DNA from: Raillietiella orientalis
Lineage: Eukaryota
Reading direction: 5' to 3'
NCBI GenBank assembly: GCA_036172245.1
Contig: JAYWIR010000001.1
Location: forward strand, 5,704,001-5,768,000
Length of the DNA: 64,000 nucleotides
Shown: positions 39,471 through 52,989 of the stretch, one piece after another
Layout: the number at the start of each line of letters is the position of its first letter
Position numbering within the stretch: the stretch's first letter is position 1
Position numbers and translations under genes: made by a program
Notes under the pieces: model-generated
Seen by the model: only the letters and a program-made list of their open reading frames with translations
Databases searched by the model: none
Told to the model about the DNA's origin: nothing

Positions 39471-40721
39471 GGAGAACAGTGTGACAGAAGAACCCAGAAG
39501 GGGTCTCCATCATTTGTTTGGGATCCCCTGCTCCTCCGCAACGCCCGGGCGGCAACGCATTGCATCAGTACAGGAACGGCTCCACTTTCCCCCGAACCTG
39601 GCATAGCACCGTGAAACACTTCCCCTCGTTTGGCGGCGACGTCGCCTACCGGAGTACGCAGATGTCGGCTGTGTCTCGGTGCCCGCCGACGCGCACCCGG
39701 CGTCCGCGCGCGCGGACGCCCCTGGGACGGGAACACCCCGGAGGAGCGCGGTCACTCTCAACACCCCCCCGAGGAATCAGTAGGACTTCCTTCCTTCGAC
39801 CTCCCGTAAGACCGCCTGGCTTCGCGTTTGGATCCTCGCCGCCTTCCGCATATCGGGAACCGGGGTTCTCCGGACTTGGAGAGGTCCGTGCCGTTCCCTT
39901 CCCCTTCTCCCCCTCGGAACCCGCGAACTTCTTCGAGCAGCCGTCCTCGAGCAGCGCCGCGGGCGTTCGATCCTCAGATTCCGTTCTTCCGGCGAGCAGA
40001 AGGAATCGAAATTCCAGGCTCCACGGTCCACCTGGCTCTCCTATGAATCCGTGAGGGATGCGTTGCGTTTACGCGCGTCTCTGGGGCAGATGGAGTAATG
40101 AGGTTAAGGATGTAGTGGATGGAGGAAGTGGCCGTTCGTCTTCGTTCCATCGTTTCAATAAATCCGAATCAACTTGTAAAGTAATATTGATGTGAACGAA
40201 GGATCAAATATGCTACTTAATAATTAATCCTTATTACTCTTGCCGTTTCCGTTTGGTTTCCTCCGTGTTTTGGTAAGAAACGAAGAGCGGCATCGATCTC
40301 GGCACATTAATCATTCCAATATCGTTCATTAATCATTCATTAAAACGATGAAGGAAATGGTGGCAGAGTAACGGAGAGCTATTTCTCTCCTGAACACTCC
40401 TCGGACCAAAACGCTCCATCTCTCGTTTTCAACCGGAAGCTGCCATTGGTAGTCATTAGGAGCAAACATGGCTCTTAGATAACCTCATCTTGCAGATGCC
40501 AACATCGGACAGGTTTCATCATTGGTGTAGCTGAGGGTCAAGGAACCCACGAGCTAGTTCTCCGTAGGCCGGGCAGTGCTATCCCGGCCACCCCAAAACG
40601 AAATGCCAGTTTCCGGACCGCCTGCTGTGCACTCGCTTTGCCGAAGAGCAGCGAATGACCTTCGCCGAAGCCTCTTCGGCCCTCCTGTTCGGGTAGGGAA
40701 CTAAAGGAGGCGGCTTGTTGT

Positions 40722-41320
40722 CACCTGGGTACGCCAAGGTTTCATTACATAAAAAGCAAACATTTACAAAGTTTGTGGAAGGACCAGTGGTCTCCAACCA
40801 CGTCTGTTTCGAGTGGAGCCTCCCGAATTGCCGGTACGTAGACCGGTGAGGTCCTTCACGGCAGCAGAGAGGGGGGTAGGCAAACAGAAAGAAAAAAGAA
40901 ACAAAAAGGAAAATGAATAAATAAATATGGAGGTGCAGGAAGGGATCACAACGTCCTGCTTGGGGCGGTCCTTTGCATCCTTACGAGGATGCCGGTAAGC
41001 TTTTTCTGCATACAGTGCTTCATGTGGGGCCATCTCGTTGCCTTCCTCGTGAATCCTCGTGATCCAGCTGTTCTTACTGGTCAGAGCAGCCACCTGCCGG
41101 AGCTCCAGTCTGCAGTGGGAGAGGCTGCGTCGACAGCGCACAAGGACGCGAGTCCCTTTGCTCCCAGTCCTCACCTGACTTTCTGGACGAGGAGGAGCGC
41201 AGGTTGGCACCAGGTATTGCTCCACAACTTCACACGAAGACGAGGACCCGAAACTAGGGCTGCAGCTCCATTCGCTCCAGCATCAAGTGGTCGAGGCCAT
41301 CGTCCCGCAGCGGAGCACAC
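40722..41320 (-). mobile_element. L1/Tx1-like LINE 3' fragment (subfamily B)
   Basis: ORF2 end RKATRWPHMKHCMQKKLTGILVRMQRTAPSRTL*, T-rich UTR, terminus AATGAAACCTTGGCGTACCCAGGTG at 40722. Confidence 0.75.
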
Positions 41321-41329
41321 AAATCCTTG

Positions 41330-42449
41330 AGGCAGACTCGGGGTCTCCTGTTGCCTCAAAAAACGAAACAGAAAGCAGAAGGTGAAGGAGGGGGGCCACG
41401 AAAGTGTTCCACACCGCGACCCTTTCCAGCAGGTGGGACCTGCCTCCTTGGAACGGACCGAGCTCCTGCTCAGCTTCTGGAGACGGCCGGACCAAGCTTC
41501 TGCAGCGCAGAAGTTCCCCAGCCGAGCGCCAAGATACTTCAAGCACCCGCCCGCGGGGATCCTCAAGCGGATACAGTACGGCCGTCCTACCCATGCTGCA
41601 TCAACTGGAACCACGGGCGGCTTCTCTCTGTTCACCCCCAAGCCCGTTCTGCGGCTGAGTAACTCGAAGACCTCGAATGCCCTTGAGCGCTGAAGTACAA
41701 CCGAGCCCTCCCCCTGAATTGGCAGCAGTCGGCACTTCTGCTGTTGCACTAGGGTCCCCCATGCAGCGCCCGCCGCTCTCACTGGACATGTAGGGCTGTG
41801 GTCCCCAACTGTTGCAGGTGCGGGGAACGGGAATCCCTCCCGTACCTGTTCGTAGACCGGCCCCTGTAATTGCTTTACAGGGGCCGGAGATCGCCCTTGG
41901 TGCACCCATGGACAATCTCGGGGAAATGATGAAATGCGTCTTCGTGCGCGATGCCCTTTCGCCTGCCGCATCCCCAGCAGCTCTTTGCTGCTTACGTGGG
42001 ACTGTGGCTGCCTGGAGCTACACGAGAAGAGTATGGCACGGTAGGGACGCCATCTGCTTCGGTCTGTGCTCCATGAGGACGGCAGCCAGATGGTTTCACT
42101 TGGGGCATACTCGGATGGAACTTGCCGGCATCCTGGAAAGGGTGCGAAGGACGCCCTCCAGGAGACAGAGATCCCTTCCCGTGCCCCCAACCTTGCACAC
42201 GGGCAGTATCGCGGCCTCTGAACGAAAGGGAGGTGCGATTATTGCTAGTTGAAAACTTTGCCCCCAAGATTTTCTTTTTTTATTATTTATTTTTGTTTGC
42301 CCCTCCCCTCCCCTGCCGCCGAGGCGGTCTCCCGACCTGCATGCCGGTTACTCAGCAGCTTCCAAGCATTTCCGGACAATGTAGAGCCGATGGCTCTACA
42401 CATGTATGTTTACTGTTTATGAAGAGCGTCCCAGCGTTACCGGGTGTTA
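41330..42449 (+). mobile_element. L1/Tx1-like LINE 3' fragment (subfamily A)
   Basis: ALKYNRALPLNWQQSALLLLH*GPPCSARRSHWTCRAVVPNCCRCGERESLPYLFVD, then PAASPAALCCLRG...RMELAGILERVRRTPS. Terminus CGTCCCAGCGTTACCGGGTG ends at 42446. Confidence 0.85.
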
Positions 42450-45400
42450 AACCATGCAGATTGAAGATTTAGATATTCTGCACCTCTCGAGTGCCACATC
42501 AATTATACGGCGACGGGTTGCTAAGTGAGACCAACCAACCACACGTGCTTTGCAGAGGCATGGACGCGGGATTTTCAGTTGGTCCGCGAAGGTAAACACA
42601 TCGAGAAGGAAGAAGCGGTCTTCTAGGAAGCATCCTTGAGGCAAGCCATTTCCGCCTTGACTCCCCCTCCCCCCTTCCTCCATCCCTCGGAAAAGAGGAA
42701 CTTGAAAAAGGAAAATTTCTTCAATGGCACGATTTTCATTTCTTTTTGATAGTTCCTCGAGTGGGATGCCTTCTCAAAGAGTTGCGAGCTCGGCGGAGCC
42801 ACGGATTTGCGAGGAATTTCCTCCACTTGTGGCGAAGAAAAACCCTTAAAAAACTAAAAAGTAGTGGTCCCGAATTCCGGATCGAGTCCAGTTTGAATTT
42901 TTTGTTTTTGCTTGTTTCCGGCGGTGTCAACTCCAGGAAGTCGGGAGCGCTTTCTGACTTCCTGGCATCGTCGGCGCGGTTCCTGCATTTCGTTCTTCAC
43001 GCCACCGCGAATGGAATGCCCGGGCGCAGAGATGTGCCAGCCAACGTGGACTTTGCGAACCAAGCCCGCCCGAGCAGCTTTCTGTTAGTCGAACGGGCTA
43101 CCCTATTGCAGCACCGTTGCCATGGAAGCCTCCCTAGCATTTGCGGATTAAGCCTAGTTTGCTCCACGAGAGCACACACTCGTCCCTTCATAGCATATTC
43201 AGAGCACTTTTCCATCACCGTTATCTGATTCCTTGCTTCCTCCACCTGTATCTCAGCGGGAAGAGGCGCTGCTGATAAGCACGTCCTTCTCAGATTCCCG
43301 GCTGCGAACCGAGTGGCTGGACGTTTATCAGGGATCTCCCAGCTCTTGGAAATCATCTCGGTATACCCTAGGGTGGGGGCCGAAGGATCTAGCAGAAAAG
43401 AACTCGCTTCACCTACGTACGGTACAAACCAAAGTGGGGAAGGTGTTTGGGACGTGCTCTGATCCACTTCCCGAAGGGTCTGAAGGAAAACAGGCGTCTC
43501 CCCTCACGGGGAATGAGAAGATCAAGTGAGACCCTCCCCCTACATCCCGTAGGATACTGAACTTTCAACCTGATCGGCGCGGCGTCCGCTCTTTTCCACA
43601 CAGGGAGTGGGTGTGGCGCCCGTTCATAGGACCACAGCATGCAGTCGTTTTCTCTCGGTGGCCACCACCTTCGACGGGAAGGCGGCGGCTGCCTCTGCGC
43701 TGGGAAGGACGCGCACTGGCCACTTGGGTAGGCGGTCGAGCGGGAGCGGTCCACCGCACGCGGAACGCTCTCAACAGCCTCTTCCACCGTTCCCTCAACC
43801 TGCCCAGCTTCGCGCCTCTTCTCTCTGCGGGCCGGCCCGCGACGGGGCTTCCAAGAGCGGGCTATCCTTCCGTCTCCACGCCGTCACCCCACCCCCCCAC
43901 TGCAAACTCCACCCACCCTGCAAATCCCCGCTCCTCGTTCCGAGAGGTGGAAGTGTCCCTCCTACTCCGCTTGCTGCGCGCGAAGCCACCAGCTGGCTCG
44001 ACCGGCTCTTCGAGGTTCCGGGTTCTTGCGCAGCAGCTCCCTTCCTGGCGCCGCACCTTACTGAGGGATAGCGCGACTGGGTCGCCGGGGAAGCGGACGG
44101 GAGGGAAAAGACAGGAACCGAATTAAGAAAAGGGGTGGGGTTAGGACAGGGGTCACCGGTTTCGGCCACTCCTTCCTTCTGGAACCGGCGATGGCGGTGC
44201 CGCCGGGCTCCACCTCGGCTACTTCTCCTTCCAGGTGGGGTCACCTAGCAACCTTCCTCACGTAGCAGCTGCGGTGTGGGAGGTCCCCCTTCGCTGCCCT
44301 TCCTCCTCCGAGACGTTGCGAGGACGCTACGCCTGCCCGTCTGGGGTCCGGCGTGCGCGAAGAACCGCCGCAGCAGCTCCCTGCATTCGGCGGCGCGACA
44401 CGCACCGGCCGGACGCGACATCGCCCTGAGACGAGCACATCTTTCTGGCGCTGGTCCACATCTGACCTCTGGCAGCGCTCGGCGAAGAGACGAGGTTGTC
44501 GGTCATCCTGCGCACCGCCCGCCTTTTCGGAAGCGCCCTGGCGCGTTCGGAGGCGCCCCAGAAACGACGCGTACCGCACGCGGAGAAACCTTGCTCTGCC
44601 TATCTGGCGGCGGCGGGCGTTCGCGGCTCTGCCCGCCGCCCCGCTTCCCCACAACGACGACGTGCAGACGCCCGAGAACCGCTGCCTCCAGGGCATATGC
44701 CAACATGGCCGCTCCGCGATACGCACCAGACCCGCAGCTGCGATCGCACATTCCCTCGGCCGAAGCGCCGCCCGGAACGACCCAAGCACAAGCACCGACG
44801 ACGACAACGCACGCCGATACGGAAGGACGTCTTCCTCCCCTCCTTCCTCCCCAGTAGGGAATTTGGGGAGCTGGAGCCATCGCTCGGTGCGGACGGAACG
44901 GAAAGATGGACGGAAGGAGAGCTGCCCGTCGATCCCTCCTTTGACGCAACAAACCGAGCTGCTTCCCCGCAGCTCCCGTTCCTCTGAAGGACGGGAGCTG
45001 ACATGCGACGACGTTCCTTCGCACGACGGGCTCCGGGTTGCATCGCTGAAGGCACGCGGAGAACTACCGCAGCAGCTTATGGGCTGCATCTCTCTGGTAA
45101 TGGAGTGCTGAAGCCGGATCTTTCGATGCTCGTGGAGGGCCCTGTAGTCGAAAAACAAACGTGGGTTCGATTCCATCGACCCGCTCCTGGCGCAGTTTGG
45201 GGATGCAACTCCCCTGGAAAGGAGGCTGCGGAAGCACTTAGACCCCTAGTGCAGAAACAGCAGCAGCACAGCTTAAGAAGGACGCGGAAGTGTTCGAACA
45301 CGAGGGAGAGACCACGAGTTCACCGGGGGCGCACTCAGGAATTCGCTCCACCGATGTGGTCCCTTCGCCTGGGAACGAGGAGTGTCAACATTCATTAACC

Positions 45401-46189
45401 CGCGTGCCTTCCAGCCTTCCAGGAGTTCCTCCTTTCCTGCAGCGGTGGTGGAAAACTTCCACTTCACTCCGGTAGGCAGCAGTCGCCGCTTGTCCTCAGG
45501 GCGGGCAATGCTGAGTCAAGGGGTGTGGCGGATGTAGACCTCTGCTTTATGGGGTCCCGCAGAACCTCTCCCAAGGGACAGCTGACGAGACAGGGGCGCA
45601 GGGGACGAATTCCCACCGGACTCGCTTTTTGGAACGCAACCCAGGACACGACTGCCTTCTGCCGCCGGGCATTCGAGTTCAGAGGGCAGCAGGTGATTCG
45701 CAGGAAGGCTTCCTGGAGGCAACCGAGTCGCCTCGGAGGGAAGCCAAGTCCCCCTCCCTCGCCGCCGGGATGCGTCGCCGAAGGACGGAGCCATCAGGCT
45801 CCCACCACGGAAGCTTCGCGAAGTCGAATGGAGAAGCTGATGATTCCCCCTTCTTTTCGTTCGAGGAGCCTTCTGGATGGGACCCTGCCGGGTGGTCGCT
45901 TAAATCAAGCGTGATGGCAGCGGTAGCCTTCCCTCGGGGGGAGGGAAGGAGATGCAGGTTGCCGGCAGCTCCGACTCTACACCTGGCGTTCGTCGCCGCC
46001 ATCTGCCACAAGCGAATGCACGTCCAATCAGAATGTGGTGGACGCAACAGATGACATCCGATGTTCCCCTTGCAATCCCCCTGAGAAGTGGCTGCAGACG
46101 GCAGATGATGGAGATTTGGGTTCTTCTGAGGTTTTTCCTGTTTTCCCTGCTTTTCTTCCAGCTCGTTTTTGTTTTCTTTCGGGTTTTCT

Positions 46190-47960
46190 TGGTTTTTCTT
46201 TTGGTTTGCGAAGTGCTGAAGAAACATTCGTCCCCTCAGGGTTGAGGGGTCACAGCCACTCTCTCCTAGCTATGTCCACTCCACTCCCGAGAGTGCGTGT
46301 GACTCTTCAAGTTATTGGGAGTAACCTAGAGAGACCATCCCATGAATCCAAGAACGCTCTGGAGGAAAGAGAATCCGTCCCTCTTACTTTTGGTAGGGGA
46401 ACCCCGAAGGAAGCCCTTGCCTTGGTTATCTTCTGAGGAGTCTTCCGGAGGGAGCCACTCCTCGTTTCTTCTCCGGATGGGCCTCCAGGAAAGGATCCGC
46501 TCCTTCTTTTCTCCTTTGAAGAGAACCCGTAGGGATGCTTCCCGATTTCTCTGAAGGGCACTCCCCGAAATGAGCAGAGCACCTCTCGACACTCTGAAGA
46601 GGCAACCGACCCTTAGAAGGAAGTATCAACCAGATCCATGGTACGGCTCAGCCGGAGGGGAACCTTAGAGGGCACCTTGGTTTCTGGAAGAACCCCGGAA
46701 AGTTAACTTTCATTGCCGGCTGGTCAACGGGTGCATCCGGGAGTTTTCCGGCTTCCATCAGTGCCTTACCCGAAGTCTTCAGGGCAACCGGCGTCATCCT
46801 GCGAAGGATACTCGGAACCCCTTGACACCTCCCTCCCCCCCTTTTCCCCATATCTTGTTGTCGATCCTTCCTCGGTCGGGATTCCAACCCGCGACGTTCG
46901 GTGCACGGTCGTCGATGCGCTCGGAACTGCTGAGACTGCCATGAGGCGACTCGGTTCGGATCCTGTAGGGAGCACGCCGGGGGCGTAGACCGGTTGCATC
47001 CTGTCGTCCGTCTCTAGCGGGAACGTGTGTCAGCCTGATTTCTCTTCCGGACCATCTCTGCAGGTGCAAGAAGTGAACCACCGAGCCGAGGCGGCGGCAG
47101 CAGACGACCTTTCTCTCCCAGCGTCCGTCCCGGCGTCTCCGGTGCATCTGGAGGGTGAATAGAGGGAAAGGAAGGGGGGAAGTGGTGGATGAGACGCGGC
47201 AACCGTCTGGAGCTTCACGTGCCGTCGTTCCTGGTTCAGTTTCTCTCGCCCGACTTTTGACCGATGTTTCAGATAATCTTTAAAGAAGGCTGCGGTCTCG
47301 AGTGCAGCCCGGGAGTCTCCAGGGGCAAAATCGAACTTTCAGCAGAACCGTGCCTCGGGAACGCATGAACACAAAATTCCTCCTCCTCTTCCGCTTTTGG
47401 TTCTTCTGGTATCCTTTCGGGAACGTTCTCATCGGGTGAGACGTAGCCACATCCAGAGTGTCTCTTAGCGCGCCATCCTGCTATGGATCCAGTGTCTCAG
47501 ACCGACTGGAGGCGCAGCCCTCAGATGGAAGAGGCATCGAAGCGAACCAGCGTGGTCACCCGTTCGCCTGTTCGCATTCGAGGGAAACACCTCGAGAAAA
47601 CACCTCCTAGCGCGCAGCGAGCGCCGCTTTCCTGGGAAGTTCCCGCTCTCCGCAGTTGCTCACTACGCGTCTTCTTCTCCGTGAGAAAAAATCACGAACC
47701 TGGCTAGGACCGATCTTCTGGAGCTTTCTGTTGGAGCTGGACGACATTGGACAGGACAAAAGGAGGGGAAGGGCAGTAAGGAGTCGCTCAGAGAAGGTGG
47801 CCATCCGGTGGACGGGGACTTCTTCCCCGGATCGTGGTGTTTTCGGACACCGTCAGTGACCGATAGACTGTTGCGGAAGACCACATTGCACGCTCAGCTT
47901 GGCATCCTCGGACAGCTGTCGCTGTTCCCCTCCCTACCAGCTGGAAAGACGCAGCCATTT
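46190..47960 (+). mobile_element. LINE 5' remnant: ORF1-like family C followed by decayed endonuclease
   Basis: Family C homology over 46190-46990 (PYLVVDPSSVGIPTRDVRC) and a knuckle-like remnant at ~47050-47095. EN-like remnants downstream include SDGRGIEAN (~47520-47545) and FLLELDDI. The EN call is weak. Confidence 0.5.
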
Positions 47961-49399
47961 ATTGCAGTCTCTAAGAACAAGCAGGGGTGTCAAGGGTAGA
48001 CCTTGCGTTTCTCTTCCCTTTTGTTGCGCTCCTCTTCCTCGAAGATCTTGGTGGTTTGCGCCCTGTCGATGTGCGCCTCGGGCGTTCGAGAAGCATCTTT
48101 CATCCGCCGCGAAATGAGGTCCCAGTAAAGCCGAAGTTCAGATCGCTGGCTGCGCAAGGGAGGTTCGGGAAGCTCCAAGCAATGGCACCGTAGAAAAGCA
48201 GCAAGGTCGGCTGCCACGAAAACTCGGTTCGTGTTTCTGGACGCTCGGGACCGCTCCAAGTTTACTCACCGGTGTGTGTCCACCTTAGCGTCTGCTGAGC
48301 GGATCACGGAACCTGTCCGGAAACAGGAGGCAGCAATGAGGGTGGGTAAGAGGGTCCTTCCAGGGGAGGACGCTGAAAAGAGCAAGCGAGCGCGTCGAAA
48401 ACGAAAGTGGTTCTCCACTTTCCTTCCGGGAAGACGCGAAGAACGAAAAGGAAGGAAGGATGGCATCAGGCTCCTGGGAACGAAGAACGGGAGCAGGGTT
48501 CGCAACCCCGGCAGCCAGCGGGAGCGCCTCCGACTTGGAAACGGCGGGTGTTCCTCGCTCGACTTGGAAACGCCTCTGCCCCTCGCTCGGACTGCGCAAG
48601 GGGCAGAGGACGGTTGGGCTGGCTGAACGAGGTACACCCGGTCCGGAAACGCTCGCTGCGCTTCCGCACGCTCGGCGTCATCGTGCAACCGCGGAAGAGG
48701 CGCGCGCTTGCGTGCGCAGCTCGTCGACGCGCAGGCCCCTGCGAAATTCGACATCCCTTTTGAATACTGGCTCGCGACCCCCTTCGAGATGCCATCCGCG
48801 CCTCCTTCAAGCGCGCGCGGCCCATAACTCCAGTAGCAGGACCCTCTGGGAAGTACCGCCACTTGCTCCAAATGAGGGTGAAGAGCAGAGGCAAGCGGAA
48901 GAACAAAGGGACGAAACGGAAAGACTGCAGGCATAGCCGTGGCGATCATCTTGGCATGAACTCGAGCAGAAAATTCTCTCTTCTCCTCTCATGCGCACTG
49001 AGAACCACGGAAGCGAAGGGATAGGGAAGAGAGGAGGGGGACACTGTGATTCCACGAGCCCGAGCCAGGACAACCGGCGATCCCTGCGGAAAGAGGCGCA
49101 GCGATGCAGCCAGGAACCGTCTCTCCGTTTCCGTCTTTGGCTCGGACTCCCCTCAAGTTCGTCCGCTTCCTTCGTTTACCCCTGCGGGGAGGCCGATCCC
49201 TGCAGCGGAGCTGCGGAGGGGAGAGCGTGTTCCTGCCGTGCGTGCGAGTTCATGACAAAGAACACATGCCCCTTTCGATCGGCTGCCCAATCGAAGTCGA
49301 GCGTCAAGTGGCTTCAGTTTAGGTGGGTGGAAAATCCCGAGATCCAAGATGGCAAGCAGGCGGAGAGCGGTTTTTGGGAAACTAGGCGGCGCCGAAGCA

Positions 49400-50150
49400 G
49401 CATTCGGCGCTCAGGAGGAGGAGGAGAGCATCGCCTCCCGCCTGCGGGCGGCTCCGGTAGAGCAGGTGCATGCGCGCCTTTCTTGCAGAGCACACGGGCC
49501 GAGTCGAGAGCGCCCTCCAGGGCACTTCCTGCTCGACGGCCGCCTGTAGGCAGCCCTTCCTTCGAGGCTCGACCTCCGAGTCTTCTCGGTCTCGAGGGCA
49601 CGAGGGAGCTTGGGATGCTCGGGATCGAAAGAGACCACGGCAAGTTGCCGGTTCCAGACCGAGAGGCTCACCGAGAGGGGAGGCTTTTCTAGGTGCCCGC
49701 TGTCCTATTCCGAGTCCGCGCTGTCCGCTAGTGCCGAACTCTGCTCTCCAGGTGGAGGGCGGAGGCGACGCTGAGCCCGGGCGTGTCGAAGATGACAGTT
49801 GCCGCCGTGGACGCCGCCTCTGGCGCACGCGGGGCTCCACCGCTGACACTACGCCAGGCGCCGGCTCCCCACGCCGTCGGTCGTCGTCCGTCGGTCGTCG
49901 GTCGTCGCGCTCCGCCCTTTGGATGTTGAGTTGCGGTGCCGTAGGGGGCCAGCGAGCGGCGAGGGCCGTCTCTCTGCTTCTCCCGCACGGGATCGTCCTC
50001 TCAGGAGGAGCAGCCACGTCACCGGGATGTCGGGGTCCGAGAAATGAGAGAGAAACCGTTGAGGGACTTACCAAGAAGCAGAAGGAGGGGATGTGAGGGG
50101 CTGTCCCATGAGGCTGGAAAGGGAGCCGCGCTGGAGGGGCTCTGGAGGGC
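49400..50150 (+). mobile_element. Repeat family D (ORF1-like), copy 1
   Basis: High similarity to the reverse complement of 62870-63670 (e.g. GGCTCGACCTCCGAGTCTTCTCGGTCTCGAGGGCACGAGGGAGC and the GTCG/GTC-rich tract). The ORF1 identity is inferred from RERPP..FLLDGR and a degenerate knuckle. Confidence 0.7.
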
Positions 50151-52175
50151 TGGAGAACGGGACGTCGCCACCATGCAGGCCCAGGTGGCGCCGTGCAAGA
50201 AAGAGAGCAGAGGACTGAAAAGGAAAAAAAAAAGGAAGAAAGGGGGAAGGTAGTTTAGTTGCCATGGTGAAGAGAAGTCAGATGGGGAGGGAAGAGACCG
50301 CCGGACGGCTGGCTATAGCTGGAACTTCCGCCTTCGCGCAAGGCTCTCAACTATCCCCTGGCATCTTGCTGCGCGGGTGGCACCACCTCCTTGCCGTCCT
50401 CGGGAGATTTGCGACGTGCGGGCTTCTCCGCGCGGAGGTGCAGCATCGCGATGCAGCCGCGGGCATCCAGGAGTGGGGTCACGTCAGCGGGAGCGCGTGC
50501 CCACCACGCGACGACGTCGCGAGGGCACGAGGGCAACGCTGGACGACCCCCTCCCTCCCTCCTTATCGTCCCCGGGTTCAGAGCGGGAGGCCGGAAGGGT
50601 GGTGCTTCCTCCTCATCGCCTCGGGTAATCCCGGCTGAAAGGGATTGGGATCGATGGGGAGGAATTAAGGGAACGCCGGATGTGCTTGAGGATCGCGCCC
50701 GCCGGTCCCTCTGCAGGGAGTTGAGCAGATCCCGACGAAGGAGAGGAATCTCCAGCATTCGTTTATCTGATGCAATCAGCATCGAGATGAGGCTCCTCTG
50801 CGCTGGGAAGACACTCGTCGGGAGCGTGGGGATCGATCCGGAGCTGGGAGACGGTTCCCTCGAGCGGCGGCTCTCAAGGTCGCCGCCGAAGGGTCGCGGA
50901 ACGTTCCCGAATGACCCAGGGAAGCCGCCAGGGAGCGCGCGCGTGCGGGAAGCGTCCCAGGGAGCGGGAGCGCCTGAGGATAGGGGGGAGGGGAGGTGAA
51001 AGGAATTGGGAGACGACCCCCTTCTCGGAGGGTGCAATTCTCAAACGGATCCCGTTGATCCCAGTCCTTCGCAGCCGAGATTACCCGAGGCGTGGAGGAG
51101 GAAGCATCACCCTTCCGGTTTCCCGCTCGGAACCTGGGGGAGCGGCCTGCCGGGAATCACGGGACCACACCGCCCGCAGATCAGGCTGCACCCGAATCCC
51201 CCTTCCCTTTCTGGTCACTGCAGCTTCCAGGAGCCCCCGAGGGCGATCTGCACTTTGCGCAGTGAACCCGATCGGGGAGACCGGAAATCAGGGAGCGTTG
51301 CCGCGACAAGGATCGTGGTTCTTCCAGGAATCGCGCTGACGGGAAGCACGCGTGGCAAAGAAGGGTGGCATTCACGGAGCTGGCGGGGGGTCGGGCGGCC
51401 ACCGCCACGCCTGCCGCAAACACGTTGAACTCAGCAGAGCTGTGACCGGCGCGCTTGCGGTCGCCGACGACAGCCACCGGCATAGGAGTCGCTGACCACG
51501 GGGAAGGGAATGAGAAGGCCAGAGCGGGCTCCCAGGCGGTTGTCTAAAGGGGGAGAGGGAGGGGGCAACTGGGTGCTCGCGCTGCAGAAAGAAGCAGGGG
51601 CTTGGGAGGCTTCGGGAACGCTACAGCGCCGCATTGGGGGAGGAGGCGCCGCTCTCATCCCGGGGGATCCCCTCCTCCTGGGAAGGAAGCGCCGATGGTC
51701 AACGAAGGCCGCGAGGGAGTAATGCTGCCTACACTTTGATCTTAGGCAAAAGGCCGAGAAGCGATAAAGGGAGTGCTTGGGGATGATTAAGCGTCCTCGG
51801 CTGCAGCTCCCAGGTCATCAGAAAACGCGCCATAGAAAGCCGTGCGGCAGTGACCCCGGCAACGAGAGCAACGAGATCAAGGCATCCTTGGTAACCATTC
51901 GAAGATCTACAGGATAAGCTGGAAATCCAGATCACCTAGGCTACGAAGAGATGCCTACGAAGAAATTTTTTCAGGGAACGACCACGAACCGACAGAGAGG
52001 GCAGACAGGCGACTCGCAGGAGACGAGCCTCCATGCCTGAGGCTGCAGTTCACCATTAACAGAGTCCCTTTTTATAGAAGACATTGGGAAGCGAAGAGTT
52101 CTCGCCCGGAACAGACTGAGTCACTCCGTTGTCCTTCACAAACAGCGGCCGCACCCTCCCTCTAGTTTGGCTTAT

Positions 52176-52985
52176 CATCCGGTCACGCCGGAACGTTCAT
52201 TATAAAATTATAAACATGTAGCTGTAAGGTCATCGACCCCTGGTCGTCCGAAAATATTCGGAACCTGCCGAGTAACGGGCATACAGGCCGGCAAAGTTCG
52301 CCTCGGCCACGGAGGGGCGGAAGGGGCAAAGAAAAATAAAAATAAAAGTCAATAATAAAAAAACTCTGGGGGGCACGGGATGGAATCACTGTCCGGTGGA
52401 GGGCGTTCTCTGTGTCCTTTCCAGGATGACGGCAATTTCCATCCGAGTATGCCCCAAGTAGGGCCATCTTGCTACCGTCCGTAGGAAGGGCAAGGCAAAA
52501 CAACTGGAGTTCCTATCGTGCCGTCCCCCTCTCGCGTAGCTCCAGACTGCCACAATCCCACGTAGGCAACAAAGAGCTGCTAGGGATGCAGCAGGTGAAA
52601 GAACTTCGCGCACGAAGAAGCGCTACAACACGTCTCTGAGATCCTCCTTTGATGCCACAAGGACCGTTGCGTAACGCAACCACAGGTGTCGGGGGCAACA
52701 CAGTCTACGGGCAGGTGCGAGAAGGATTCCCGTTCCTCGCACCTGCAACAGTTGGGGTCCACAGCCCTCTGGGTCCAGTGAGAGCGGTGGACGCTGCACG
52801 GAAGATCTCAGTACAGCAGCAGAAGTGCCGACTGCTGCCACTTCAGAGGGAGGGCTCGGTTGTTCGTCAGCTCTGGAAGCTACTCGAAGTCTTCCTGTAG
52901 GATTCCCAGCAGCTCACCGCAGTCTTTTTGGTGGGGCACTTAGGGTAGCAGAGTCTGTGAGCTGGCCCGTGGTCCAACCACCTAA
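52176..52985 (-). mobile_element. L1/Tx1-like LINE 3' fragment (subfamily A)
   Basis: DPNCCRCEERESFSHLPVDC (intact CCHC) and PAASLAALCCLRGIV...RMEIAVILERTQRTPSTGQ*. Terminus AATGAACGTTCCGGCGTGACCGGATG at 52176. Confidence 0.88.
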
Positions 52986-52989
52986 CCTT

